Assembly: GCA_046074645.1 (NCBI GenBank)
Contig: JBJTOP010000227.1
Span: 40,590-104,589, forward strand
From: Planctomycetaceae bacterium
GTDB taxonomy: Bacteria; Planctomycetota; Planctomycetia; Planctomycetales; Planctomycetaceae
Reading direction: 5' to 3'
Length of the DNA stretch: 64,000 nt
Part shown: positions 55,992 through 64,000 of the stretch, piece after piece
Layout of the letters: every line of letters starts with the position of its first letter
Position numbering within the stretch: the first letter of the stretch is position 1
The notes under the pieces: model-generated
The model's input: only the letters and a program-made list of their open reading frames with translations
What the model was told of the DNA's origin: nothing
Database searches by the model: none
Position numbers and translations under genes: made by a program

Positions 55992-58112
55992 ATGCCGCAA
56001 TTTTCCGGAACACTGTCTTTACTGCTCTGCCTGTGGCTGCCTGCATCAGCCGCTCCATGCCCTCGTGCAGCTGAACCTCCAGCGATTGATTCGGTCGCGC
56101 TGACCCAAAACGTCGCTGGCCTCAATCAGCTTATTCAGCAGGGACGAATCTCCGGTTTTGTCACAGCAGTGCAGCACGGCAATTCGGAACCACTGGGATC
56201 CACAGGAGGAGACGCGGACATTGCCGGCAAACGTCCAATGCAGCAGGATACCATCTTCCGCATCGCCTCGCTCACCAAAACCCTTACAGCCACCGCGCTG
56301 CTGCTGCTTGTCGCCGACGGCCGCTGCGGCATCGACGATCCAGTTTCGCAGCATCTGCCCGCGTTCGCCCATCCCAGACTGGCAGACGGCAGCGAAGTTC
56401 GCGTACCGACAATCCGCGAGATTCTGACACATACCGCCGGCCTGCCAAACAATTCCGGACTGGATGGAGATCGCACTCTGGCACAGGAAGTGGATGCACT
56501 CGCAGGCCGGCCTTTTCAATTCTCGCCAGGCTCGAGGTGGCAGTACAGCAGCGGTCTGACGGTCGCCGGAAGACTGGTGGAAGTGCTCTCGGGTAAACCA
56601 TTCGAAGACTACCTCCGCGAGTCCATCACTGAACCACTCGGCATGCATGACACCACTTTCACGCTCAATGCTGCTCAGGCGGCCCGACTGGCAGTGACCT
56701 ACCAGCCCGGAGATGCTCGAGGAAGTCTTAAACCCGTTACGATTCCTGATCCCACAGTTCACCGTCTGCCCAATCCATCGGGCGGGCTGTATTCAACTGC
56801 GTCAGACATGCTGAAGTTCTACAACGCGGTGCTGAATGCTTTTCACGGTCGAGCAAATCGGCTGAAGCTGTCACAGCAAACGGCCCGGCAAATGCTCACA
56901 CCACACACCGGCAGTCTTGAAACCGGCTTCACTCCAGGCAACGCGTGGGGGCTGGGCTGGTGCCTGGTTCAGAAACCCCAGGGAGTGACTCGACTGCTCT
57001 CGCCGGACACCTTCGGCCACGGCGGCGCCTGGGGAACTCAGGCATGGATAGACCCTCACCGCAATCTGATACTGCTGCTGATGATTCAGCGGTCCGGGTT
57101 TGGCAACAGCGATGCATCCGAAGTTCGTGATGCGTTCAACGAGGCGGTGCTGAAGTCGTTCCGTGGCAACAGCCATCCCACCGCTCGAATCACCCCCTGG
57201 AACGGCCACGAGCAGGCGGTCGAGCTGACTAAAGGCAGCACGCGTGTCGTTCTGGGGCCGGAGACGGGTGGCCGAGTGCTCGAGTACACCATTGCGGGAC
57301 GCAACCTGCTCCATCTCGACGATCGTGAGTCTGCATGGAAGCCTGGCATGCCACCGCAGTCGTCTGCGGGACGGTTCGACTTTGGTCCAGAGCTGGTAGT
57401 CCCGCGTCATACGGCCATCTGGTCGGGACCCTGGACAGCAGAGATCACCGGTCCGCATTCGGCGCGACTGGTGAGCGTTCGTGATGCGGATTCCGGCGTG
57501 CAGCTGATTCGTGATTTTTCGCTGACAGAGGAAGCAGACCGCGAGTGGTCCGGGGCCGTCCTTGTCTGTCGGCAGGTCCTGATGAACACCGGCACTTCGG
57601 TCGTTGAGTACTGTCACTGGGGGCGATCGTTCCATCCGCAGCCGGGTATTTGTGTCATTCCGCTGGGGGATCGTCCGAGCCGTTTTCCTTCGAAGTATGT
57701 GATGTATGAAGAAGATGGCGGCATCAATCCGAAGGCGGTGGACCCACAGATCCGGGAACGCGACGGAGTGCTGGAAATTCTCGGCCCACCGCGACGTCCT
57801 AAGCTGGGCTTCGACAGCTATGCCGGATGGCTGGCCTTCGCAATGCCCGACAATCGGCTGTTTGTCAAGCGTTTTCCGGCGGATCCGGATCGGGTTTACA
57901 ACGAAGCTGCCGGTCTGACGATTTCAGTCTGGTATCCGCAGGGAAAGATGGTGGAGCTGGAGCCGATCGGCCCGCGGGAGCGACTGGTTCCGGGAGCAGT
58001 TGCGGAGTTCACGGAAACGTGGAGTGTGGCGGAGTTGCCATTCCCGGCGGCTGGCGAAAGCCTGGATCTGGCTCGTGTTCGCCAGCTGGTTGCTCCGGCA
58101 GGTGCGCGATGA
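55992..58112 (+). CDS. Secreted serine hydrolase of the beta-lactamase/PBP4-like family with large C-terminal extension
   Basis: Signal peptide MPQFSGTLSLLLCLWLPASAA. SxxK motif in FRIASLTKTLTATALL. YSS (Y-x-N-like) and HGG (K/H-T/S-G-like) motifs downstream. Confidence 0.7.
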   Translation: MPQFSGTLSLLLCLWLPASAAPCPRAAEPPAIDSVALTQNVAGLNQLIQQGRISGFVTAVQHGNSEPLGSTGGDADIAGKRPMQQDTIFRIASLTKTLTATALLLLVADGRCGIDDPVSQHLPAFAHPRLADGSEVRVPTIREILTHTAGLPNNSGLDGDRTLAQEVDALAGRPFQFSPGSRWQYSSGLTVAGRLVEVLSGKPFEDYLRESITEPLGMHDTTFTLNAAQAARLAVTYQPGDARGSLKPVTIPDPTVHRLPNPSGGLYSTASDMLKFYNAVLNAFHGRANRLKLSQQTARQMLTPHTGSLETGFTPGNAWGLGWCLVQKPQGVTRLLSPDTFGHGGAWGTQAWIDPHRNLILLLMIQRSGFGNSDASEVRDAFNEAVLKSFRGNSHPTARITPWNGHEQAVELTKGSTRVVLGPETGGRVLEYTIAGRNLLHLDDRESAWKPGMPPQSSAGRFDFGPELVVPRHTAIWSGPWTAEITGPHSARLVSVRDADSGVQLIRDFSLTEEADREWSGAVLVCRQVLMNTGTSVVEYCHWGRSFHPQPGICVIPLGDRPSRFPSKYVMYEEDGGINPKAVDPQIRERDGVLEILGPPRRPKLGFDSYAGWLAFAMPDNRLFVKRFPADPDRVYNEAAGLTISVWYPQGKMVELEPIGPRERLVPGAVAEFTETWSVAELPFPAAGESLDLARVRQLVAPAGAR

Positions 58113-58624
58113 CGGAGTTCCCTGGGGGCAGGTCATTCGGCGTGCTCCTGTCGTGGGAACTGCTGTTTCTGCTGGCAGCGCTGGTGGCGTGGTGCTTCGG
58201 AGGCTGGCCTGCACTGCTCCTGCTGCTGGTCATGCGTTGTCTCCGGGAAATCGCGGCACCCATCGGTCGAGAACTGGCCCTGCTCTCAATTCCTGGCTTC
58301 TGGCTGATGCTGCAGTGGTATTCAGCAGATCGGCGACTGTTCTTTTCGTGGACGATGGGACTGGCGGCCTGTGTGCTGACGTCGGGAGTGAATCGCAGGT
58401 GGGCAATACGGCTGGTCAGCGGCGCTGGGGTGGTCGCTGTCTTTCTGGCAATTCGTGTTCAGCAGCGGGCTCTGCCGCGGGTGCTGCTGATTGAAACGCT
58501 GTCCGCAGTCGGGATACTGGCCGCGTCCGCTCTGCTGCACGGAGGCAGGCCCGGGCATTTGTTTGCCGATGCAGTGGTGGTTGCGGCAGCATCGATTCTG
58601 GCTTGTTTTTCGCTGGCGATTTGA
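58109..58624 (+). CDS. Hypothetical integral membrane protein (about 5 TM)
   Basis: ATG 58109 overlaps the upstream stop (ATGA). Highly hydrophobic throughout. Confidence 0.5.
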   Translation: MTEFPGGRSFGVLLSWELLFLLAALVAWCFGGWPALLLLLVMRCLREIAAPIGRELALLSIPGFWLMLQWYSADRRLFFSWTMGLAACVLTSGVNRRWAIRLVSGAGVVAVFLAIRVQQRALPRVLLIETLSAVGILAASALLHGGRPGHLFADAVVVAAASILACFSLAI

Positions 58625-58636
58625 GGGGGCACACGA

Positions 58637-59989
58637 ATGCATCGTCGATATTTTCTGCAGTCTTCTGCCGGAGCTTCTTCATTTCTGCCGGCCGCATTTC
58701 AGGTCGATCGCGCGACGGCCGCAGCAGGTACTCCGGCGCTTGCTTCCGACCCTGCCGACGTCGTACAGGAAATGACAGAAAATCTGCCACCTGCGATGCA
58801 GCAGGCCCGCAATATCGCTCTTGATCTGCTCAAGCCCAGCCCTGCCCAGCTGGAACGCGGGCTGAGGTTGCACGCGGAATCAATCGTTTTCGACTCCTAT
58901 GGGTTTTCACCGCGAGCAGCCATCGATGGGACAACGCTCGGTTCCGTAATCGAAGCCGGAGGATCACAACAGGAGGTTGAAGACCTTCAGGAAGATATGA
59001 CGATGACGCGTTACGTCACTGACGCTTTGGAGCAGCGGGAGTATTTGGATGCGTGGCGAGTTTCGGGAGTGACCTGTGTGTTTCAAAATGCCGGTCAGGA
59101 GTGTCAGGATCCGCTGCGACTGCTGAAACGTCTGGCCCGCTTTACGTGGGTTACCGATATGCTCCGCAGCGACCTGAGCAAAGCAGTTGTTCCTGCTGAC
59201 ATTGAAGCTGCCAAACGCGATGGTCGTCGCTGCCTGTATTTCACGGGGAATGGCATTCCACTGACGCAGGAGTGGTCTACGCCGGAGGATGAGCTGGCAA
59301 ATGTGCGAATCTTCTTTCAGCTGGGTATCCGCATGATGCACCTCACTTATCAGCGGCGAAACATGATCGGTGACGGCTGCGGAGAACCCGGCAACGCGGG
59401 TCTGAGTGAGTTTGGCAGTACTGCAATCAGGGAGTTGAACCGGCAGGGTGTCATCCCTGACTGTGCACATTCGGGCTGGCGTACCAGTCTTGAGGCAGCG
59501 AGGGCATCAGCGAAGCCGGTGGTTGCCAGTCATTCCACCTGCGCAGCACTTCATCCGCATATCCGCAGCAAACCTGATGAGGTCATTCGCGCGATCGCCG
59601 ATACCGGCGGCTACATCGGAATCTGTTGTATATCTTCGTTTCTTCGCGGTACCGGAGATATCAGAGCTTTTCTGGATCATCTGGAATATGCGGTCAAAAC
59701 ATTCGGGGCGGAACACGTCGCCATCGGGACCGATACAGCGTGGTCCTCATCCAATTCCCGCGCTCAGTCCGCCCTGCTTCCCAAACGACCACGTGCCCGT
59801 CAACCATTCCGCAGTCTCTGGCCGGCTGATGATTTTCAAACGACGGAATTGATGACATCCAGCCTGAGCTGGATCAACTGGCCTGTATTTACTGTTGGAA
59901 TGGTCATAAGAGGCTTCAGCGATGATCAAATCCGGATGATTCTGGGAGGAAACGTGATGCGAGTTGCCCGGGAGACGCTGGCAGGTTGA
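58637..59989 (+). CDS. Membrane dipeptidase (peptidase family M19), Tat-exported
   Basis: Twin-Arg MHRRYFLQSSAG. M19 motifs HLTYQRRNMIGDG and DCAHSGWRTSLEAARASAKPVVASHS. Confidence 0.8.
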   Translation: MHRRYFLQSSAGASSFLPAAFQVDRATAAAGTPALASDPADVVQEMTENLPPAMQQARNIALDLLKPSPAQLERGLRLHAESIVFDSYGFSPRAAIDGTTLGSVIEAGGSQQEVEDLQEDMTMTRYVTDALEQREYLDAWRVSGVTCVFQNAGQECQDPLRLLKRLARFTWVTDMLRSDLSKAVVPADIEAAKRDGRRCLYFTGNGIPLTQEWSTPEDELANVRIFFQLGIRMMHLTYQRRNMIGDGCGEPGNAGLSEFGSTAIRELNRQGVIPDCAHSGWRTSLEAARASAKPVVASHSTCAALHPHIRSKPDEVIRAIADTGGYIGICCISSFLRGTGDIRAFLDHLEYAVKTFGAEHVAIGTDTAWSSSNSRAQSALLPKRPRARQPFRSLWPADDFQTTELMTSSLSWINWPVFTVGMVIRGFSDDQIRMILGGNVMRVARETLAG

Positions 59990-60020
59990 CCATTCTTTCA
60001 CTTCGATACCGACCGCTGAA

Positions 60021-61319
60021 TCACCTGCCTGCATTCTCAAACAAATACAACCCGGACTTGCCGGGACAGACGAGGTCGAGGTCGCCGTCGGCGTCGATAT
60101 CCACGGCGGACATCTGCAGTCCGGTTCCCGCGGAACCCTTCGGAAAGTCCTTCAGTGCCCAGCGATCTTTTGCATCAGCCGGGGCATTGACTGCGGGATC
60201 ACCGTGGAAGATGGTGCTGCGTTTCCATTGTGCAGCCCCGCGATCGTACTGAAATGCATACACCACCGACGCATCGGTTGCCCCGGCCTCGGTTTCGTGG
60301 GCATACACCCGCTTACCTGTGATCAGTTCCGGTTCGCCTTCACCATCGAGGTTTGCACGGAGCAGTGTGTGAACCTGAGAAAAGGTGTCGTCAATCGCCT
60401 TCTTTTCCCACGCTCGCGTGCCATCTGCTGCAGTGGACTGCCGAAGCCACTGCAGACCGAAGCCGTGCCCATTGCCCCAAACGATATCCGTCAGGCGATC
60501 ACCATCCACGTCATATCCTAAAATGAAGATGCCGGCAGCACCCAGCTGAAATTCACCGTGAAACACCCACTTCGCACTGGCGTCGGCCGGTTGTTCGTAC
60601 CAGCCTTTCGGAGTGATCACGTCGGGGCGACCGTCGGCATTCACATCGCCTGCACCGACACCGTGCCCTGCGCCTTCCTTCCCGCATTCGTGCCGCTTCC
60701 ACTGCACCGGTTTGCGTGATGTGAGTTCATAGAAGACGACAACGTTGCCGGGGTTTGGGAGAAATTCGGGCTGAGCGTCGCCGATGAGATTCACAAGCTC
60801 ACCGGTCTCCATATTACCCGGCAGATCGATCTCATGCTCGGTCCATTTCGCAGTGGCATCTCCGCCAGGATTCTCTACCCAGCCAACGCGTTTGCCGAAG
60901 TAATTGCAGGTGACGATGTCCGGTCGCCCATCACCGTTCACATCCAGCACCGCATCGCAGAAGTCTTCGTAATAATGGGGATTCGGAGCACTGGCGGGGA
61001 CGTTGCGAACCTGGTGACGTTTCCATGAAGGAGCTTCGTACCACGAGTCGCCGCAGAAGATATCGATACGACCGTCCCCATTGAAGTCCCCAGTGCCGCA
61101 GGCTTCGTAAGGTGACTGATCGTTAATCGTGTGCTGCTTCCACTTCAGATCGCCGGCTGCCTGACCGAGAGCTGTGGCACGGCAGAGCAGCATCAGCGAG
61201 GCAAGAGCAAAAAGGAGGGCGCGTGGGGCACTCATGAAAGCGATTCCTGTCATGTCAGAGCTGAACTTTGGAAGCCGGGCGGTGTTGTTGAGTGTCTGAA
61301 AAATCCGGGCCAAAGGCAA
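60021..61319 (-). CDS. Secreted FG-GAP/VCBS-repeat beta-propeller protein
   Basis: Repeated FNGDGRIDIF, VNGDGRPDIV, VNADGRPDVI, DVDGDRLTDIV and DIDADGDLDLV Ca-binding FG-GAP-like blades. Signal peptide. Confidence 0.7.
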   Translation of the reverse strand: MPLARIFQTLNNTARLPKFSSDMTGIAFMSAPRALLFALASLMLLCRATALGQAAGDLKWKQHTINDQSPYEACGTGDFNGDGRIDIFCGDSWYEAPSWKRHQVRNVPASAPNPHYYEDFCDAVLDVNGDGRPDIVTCNYFGKRVGWVENPGGDATAKWTEHEIDLPGNMETGELVNLIGDAQPEFLPNPGNVVVFYELTSRKPVQWKRHECGKEGAGHGVGAGDVNADGRPDVITPKGWYEQPADASAKWVFHGEFQLGAAGIFILGYDVDGDRLTDIVWGNGHGFGLQWLRQSTAADGTRAWEKKAIDDTFSQVHTLLRANLDGEGEPELITGKRVYAHETEAGATDASVVYAFQYDRGAAQWKRSTIFHGDPAVNAPADAKDRWALKDFPKGSAGTGLQMSAVDIDADGDLDLVCPGKSGLYLFENAGR

Positions 61320-61344
61320 ATGAATTCAAGTTTTCCGGAAGGAT

Positions 61345-62643
61345 TCAGACATGCGGCCGACGCTGGATACTGGCACCGAGCTGTTGCAGCTTGATGTCCA
61401 TCTGCTCATAGCCGCGATCAAGGTGCTGGATTTCGTGAATTTCTGTGGTTCCGTGTGCCGTCAGGGCGGCAATGACCAGCGCGGCACTGGCGCGGAGGTC
61501 TGTGGCGCGTACGGTGCCACCGTGGAGTCGGGGAACTCCGTGAATTCGGGCTGTTCCGTTTTCGAAAGCGATGGATCCGCCAAGTCGATTGAGCTCGTGG
61601 ATGTGTTGAAAACGTTCCGGGAATACTCGATCAGTAACCGTGCTGGTTCCCGGAGCGATGCAGAGCAGGGCTGTCATCTGAGCCTGCAGGTCGGTGGGGA
61701 GCCCGGGGTAAGGTTCGGCAGTGACGTTTTTGGCCCGAATCACACCGGGGCTTCGGATACGAAGGCCATCTGCTGCATGGGTTACCTGGACTCCGACGTC
61801 GCAGATCCAGTCGAGAAAAGCGACGAGATGATCGACGGGAGCGTTGGAGATCCGAATATCGCCGAAAGTTGCTGCAGCGGCAATTGCAAGCGTGGCAGCT
61901 TCGATGCGATCGGGGACGACCGTGTAGTCGGGAGCCGTGAGCTGTTCGACGCCCTGGATTTCAAGGATACCGGGTTCCGGGAATTCGATGCGTGCACCAG
62001 CAGCATTGAGGAAGCGTGCGAGTTCCGAGACTTCAGGCTCCTGAGCTGCGTTTCGGATGACGGTGGTACCATGAGCGAGCACTGCGGCGGAGAGCACATT
62101 GCAGGTGCCTGTGACGGTGGGGCCGGCGGGGCCGGCGAGGTCGAGATCGGCGGCAGTGAGTCGATCAGCGCGGGCGTGGACCCAGCCGTCGTTGACTTCG
62201 AGGTCGGCGCCAAGTGCAGCAAGTCCGCGGAGATGCAGATCGATGGGTCGAGGGCCGATTCGGCAACCACCGGGGAGCGGGATTGTGGCGGTGCCAAACC
62301 TGGTGAGCAGTGGTCCAAGCAGGCAGATCCCGGCACGCATGCGGCGGACGAGTGATTCATTGGCAGGAGCGGGCGCGGATGCTGGGGGAAGGACACGGAC
62401 GGAGTGAGGAATGGAGTTGGGTTGCGAGCTGCGATCATCAGGTGGGAGGATTTGAGCGCCGGTTGACTGCAGCAGCAGCAGCATTGTCTGGACGTCAAGC
62501 AGCGCGGGAAGGTTGCGAATGACGGAGCAGCCGTCGATGGCGAGCGATGCTGCGAGGATCGGCAAAGACGCATTTTTGCTGCCACTGACCGTGACCGTCC
62601 CGGCCAGCGGCGTTCCTCCGTGAATGCAAAAGTAGTGCCGCAA
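61345..62643 (-). CDS. murA: UDP-N-acetylglucosamine 1-carboxyvinyltransferase
   Basis: TVTVSGSKNASLPILAASL N-terminus. Active-site loop LPGGCRIGPRPID (catalytic Cys present). EPSP-synthase fold repeats. Confidence 0.9.
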   Translation of the reverse strand: MRHYFCIHGGTPLAGTVTVSGSKNASLPILAASLAIDGCSVIRNLPALLDVQTMLLLLQSTGAQILPPDDRSSQPNSIPHSVRVLPPASAPAPANESLVRRMRAGICLLGPLLTRFGTATIPLPGGCRIGPRPIDLHLRGLAALGADLEVNDGWVHARADRLTAADLDLAGPAGPTVTGTCNVLSAAVLAHGTTVIRNAAQEPEVSELARFLNAAGARIEFPEPGILEIQGVEQLTAPDYTVVPDRIEAATLAIAAAATFGDIRISNAPVDHLVAFLDWICDVGVQVTHAADGLRIRSPGVIRAKNVTAEPYPGLPTDLQAQMTALLCIAPGTSTVTDRVFPERFQHIHELNRLGGSIAFENGTARIHGVPRLHGGTVRATDLRASAALVIAALTAHGTTEIHEIQHLDRGYEQMDIKLQQLGASIQRRPHV

Positions 62644-62690
62644 GAAGGGCCTCCGAGGAGCAGCGAGCTGTATTCCATTCGTTCAATGCT

Positions 62691-63608
62691 TCAGCCGGCA
62701 CTTTCAAGAACAGCCTGCACAATTCGATCGCGGCCAGCCATGTCCTGACGAACGGAGATCTCTTTGAAGGAAGCGTCTGCCAGCAGTGAAGAGACAGCAG
62801 CGCACTGCAGCGGATCCAGCTCGAAAGCGATGAAGGCGCCGGGTTTCAGCAGCGAAGGAGCGTGGGTGATTATGGAGCGAACGACATCCAGCCCGTCAGA
62901 GCCGCCGTAGAGCGCCACAGCAGGTTCATGAAGATCGATTTCGGGTTGCAGCACCCCGCGCTCTCCATCAGTAACATAGGGCGGGTTGCTGACAAGTCCG
63001 TCATAGAGAATACCGGCAGAGAGCAGCGGTTGCAGAGCGTTGCCTTCAAGCAGTGTGATGCGGTCAGCCACCTCGTGGCGTGCTGCGTTGCCGGCGGCGA
63101 TCTGAAGGGCCGCAGGTGATACGTCTGTTGCCGTGAGCCGACAGAACGGACGCTGACGGGCAAGAGTGATCGCGATGCAGCCGGAACCAATGCCAACTTC
63201 AATCAGCTGTGCAGGGTGATCGGCAGGTATCAATTCGAGACACACATCGATCAGTGTTTCGGTTTCGGGGCGGGGAATGAGCACTGCAGGGGTGACGTGG
63301 AAGGAGCGACCGTAGAATTCGCGGTGACCAACAAGGTAGGCGATCGGTTCGCGGCGCGACCGGCGAGTAACCAGTTCACGCATGACGGAACGTTCGGCGT
63401 CGGTCAGCGCCGTGTTGAAGTCGGTGTAGAGACGAATCCGCGGGCAGCCGCGGGCGTGCGCAAGAAGGATTTCTGCTTCCAGACGAGGAGATTCAATGCC
63501 TTTTTGACGCAGAAAGCCAGTGGTCCATTCGAGTATCCGCCGAACTGTCCAAATGTCCTGTTCAGCGGCCGCAGATTCGGCGGAAGGTGCAGCAGACGAG
63601 GCGGACAT
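62691..63608 (-). CDS. prmC: Release-factor glutamine N5-methyltransferase PrmC (HemK)
   Basis: NPPY motif (LVSNPPYV), SAM motif I (IEVGIGSGCIAITLA), and N-terminal HemK helical domain. Confidence 0.85.
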   Translation of the reverse strand: MSASSAAPSAESAAAEQDIWTVRRILEWTTGFLRQKGIESPRLEAEILLAHARGCPRIRLYTDFNTALTDAERSVMRELVTRRSRREPIAYLVGHREFYGRSFHVTPAVLIPRPETETLIDVCLELIPADHPAQLIEVGIGSGCIAITLARQRPFCRLTATDVSPAALQIAAGNAARHEVADRITLLEGNALQPLLSAGILYDGLVSNPPYVTDGERGVLQPEIDLHEPAVALYGGSDGLDVVRSIITHAPSLLKPGAFIAFELDPLQCAAVSSLLADASFKEISVRQDMAGRDRIVQAVLESAG

Positions 63609-64000
63609 GGGCGCGTTAGCCTGTGACAGAGGGAGGTGAAAGTCGCCAGTCCGGCGACAGTGGGTCGGATGATAGCAGGTTGTGAAACGGCGGGAAGCTG
63701 GGTTGGAATCCGGCGGCAGCTTACGTGTTCCATGAAGTGAAAGTCAATTATTATTTAGTGGTTTATTCCAAAGCACCTGACAATCGTTGTTGAGAGACCA
63801 GTTTTTCGCCCCATTTTTGGCGAATTCCAGCCACAGAAGGCGAAGCAAGGTGCCATGTACCTGTAGTCAATTCGACACCGGGGACAGTCCCTGCAGGCAC
63901 GGTGGCCGGGGAACCGGGTGGGGCGGCCGCCGAGAAATGGGGCCGGATACTGCCTCAAGGTGCATGGCACTTTGAGCCCAAATCACGCTTTAACACGTTT

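Noticed and set aside
56046-56762. 238-aa - ORF
   Set aside because: Antisense to the beta-lactamase-family hydrolase gene.
61351-62678. + ORF 61351..62355 and - ORF 61782..62678
   Set aside because: Alternative-frame or antisense shadows of murA.
63840-64000. Possible tmRNA (ssrA) 5' end
   Set aside because: Motifs resembling UUCGAC...GGGG and AAGGUGCAUG are present, but no 5' GGGG acceptor start precedes them, the spacing is far from canonical, and the 3' tRNA-like half would lie outside the window. Kept only as a low-interest structured-RNA candidate.
1-64000. Mobile elements (IS, integrase, transposase) and prophage content
   Set aside because: No ORF has transposase or integrase motifs (DDE, tyrosine recombinase R..H..RY). 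No terminal inverted repeats flank any gene block. GC content is uniform apart from short AT-richer promoter gaps.

Overview
This is a GC-rich (~60%) chromosomal segment that looks planctomycete-like. Supporting traits: a giant Gly-rich secretin, a DUF1501 Tat protein, sulfatase, Rieske plus cytochrome b/diheme-c fusion, futalosine-pathway menaquinone genes, and many secreted or Tat-signal proteins. I call about 50 protein genes. Most are housekeeping or envelope functions: RNase E/G, ptsI, cysS, mnmG, nadC, mqnA/mqnC-E, mgsA, murA, prmC, the bc-complex, sulfatase, deacetylase, dipeptidase and an ECF sigma-PspA operon. I found no CRISPR array, IS/transposase or rRNA. The most unusual content is a 7-gene, tightly overlapping minus-strand operon (3903..15120). 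It encodes ExbB, ExbD, a Ser/Thr kinase fused to a second ExbD domain, a membrane-anchored beta-propeller, an SBP5-like periplasmic protein and a Pro-rich secreted protein. This is a candidate pmf-motor-coupled kinase signalling or transport system. Other points of interest: a Swt1-like HEPN protein with a TM hairpin and zinc ribbon; an orphan giant secretin with ~50-aa tandem N-terminal repeats and (GGX)n DNA repeats; a tRNA-like element with canonical D/T arms but an 18-nt insertion; an arn-like GT2/LAB_N/GT39 cluster with a frame overlap suggesting a split fusion; and a repeat-dense divergent intergenic region. Several large + strand ORFs in the supplied track are antisense shadows of real genes; the 3'-truncated RNase E/G gene at the left edge was missed by the ORF track.
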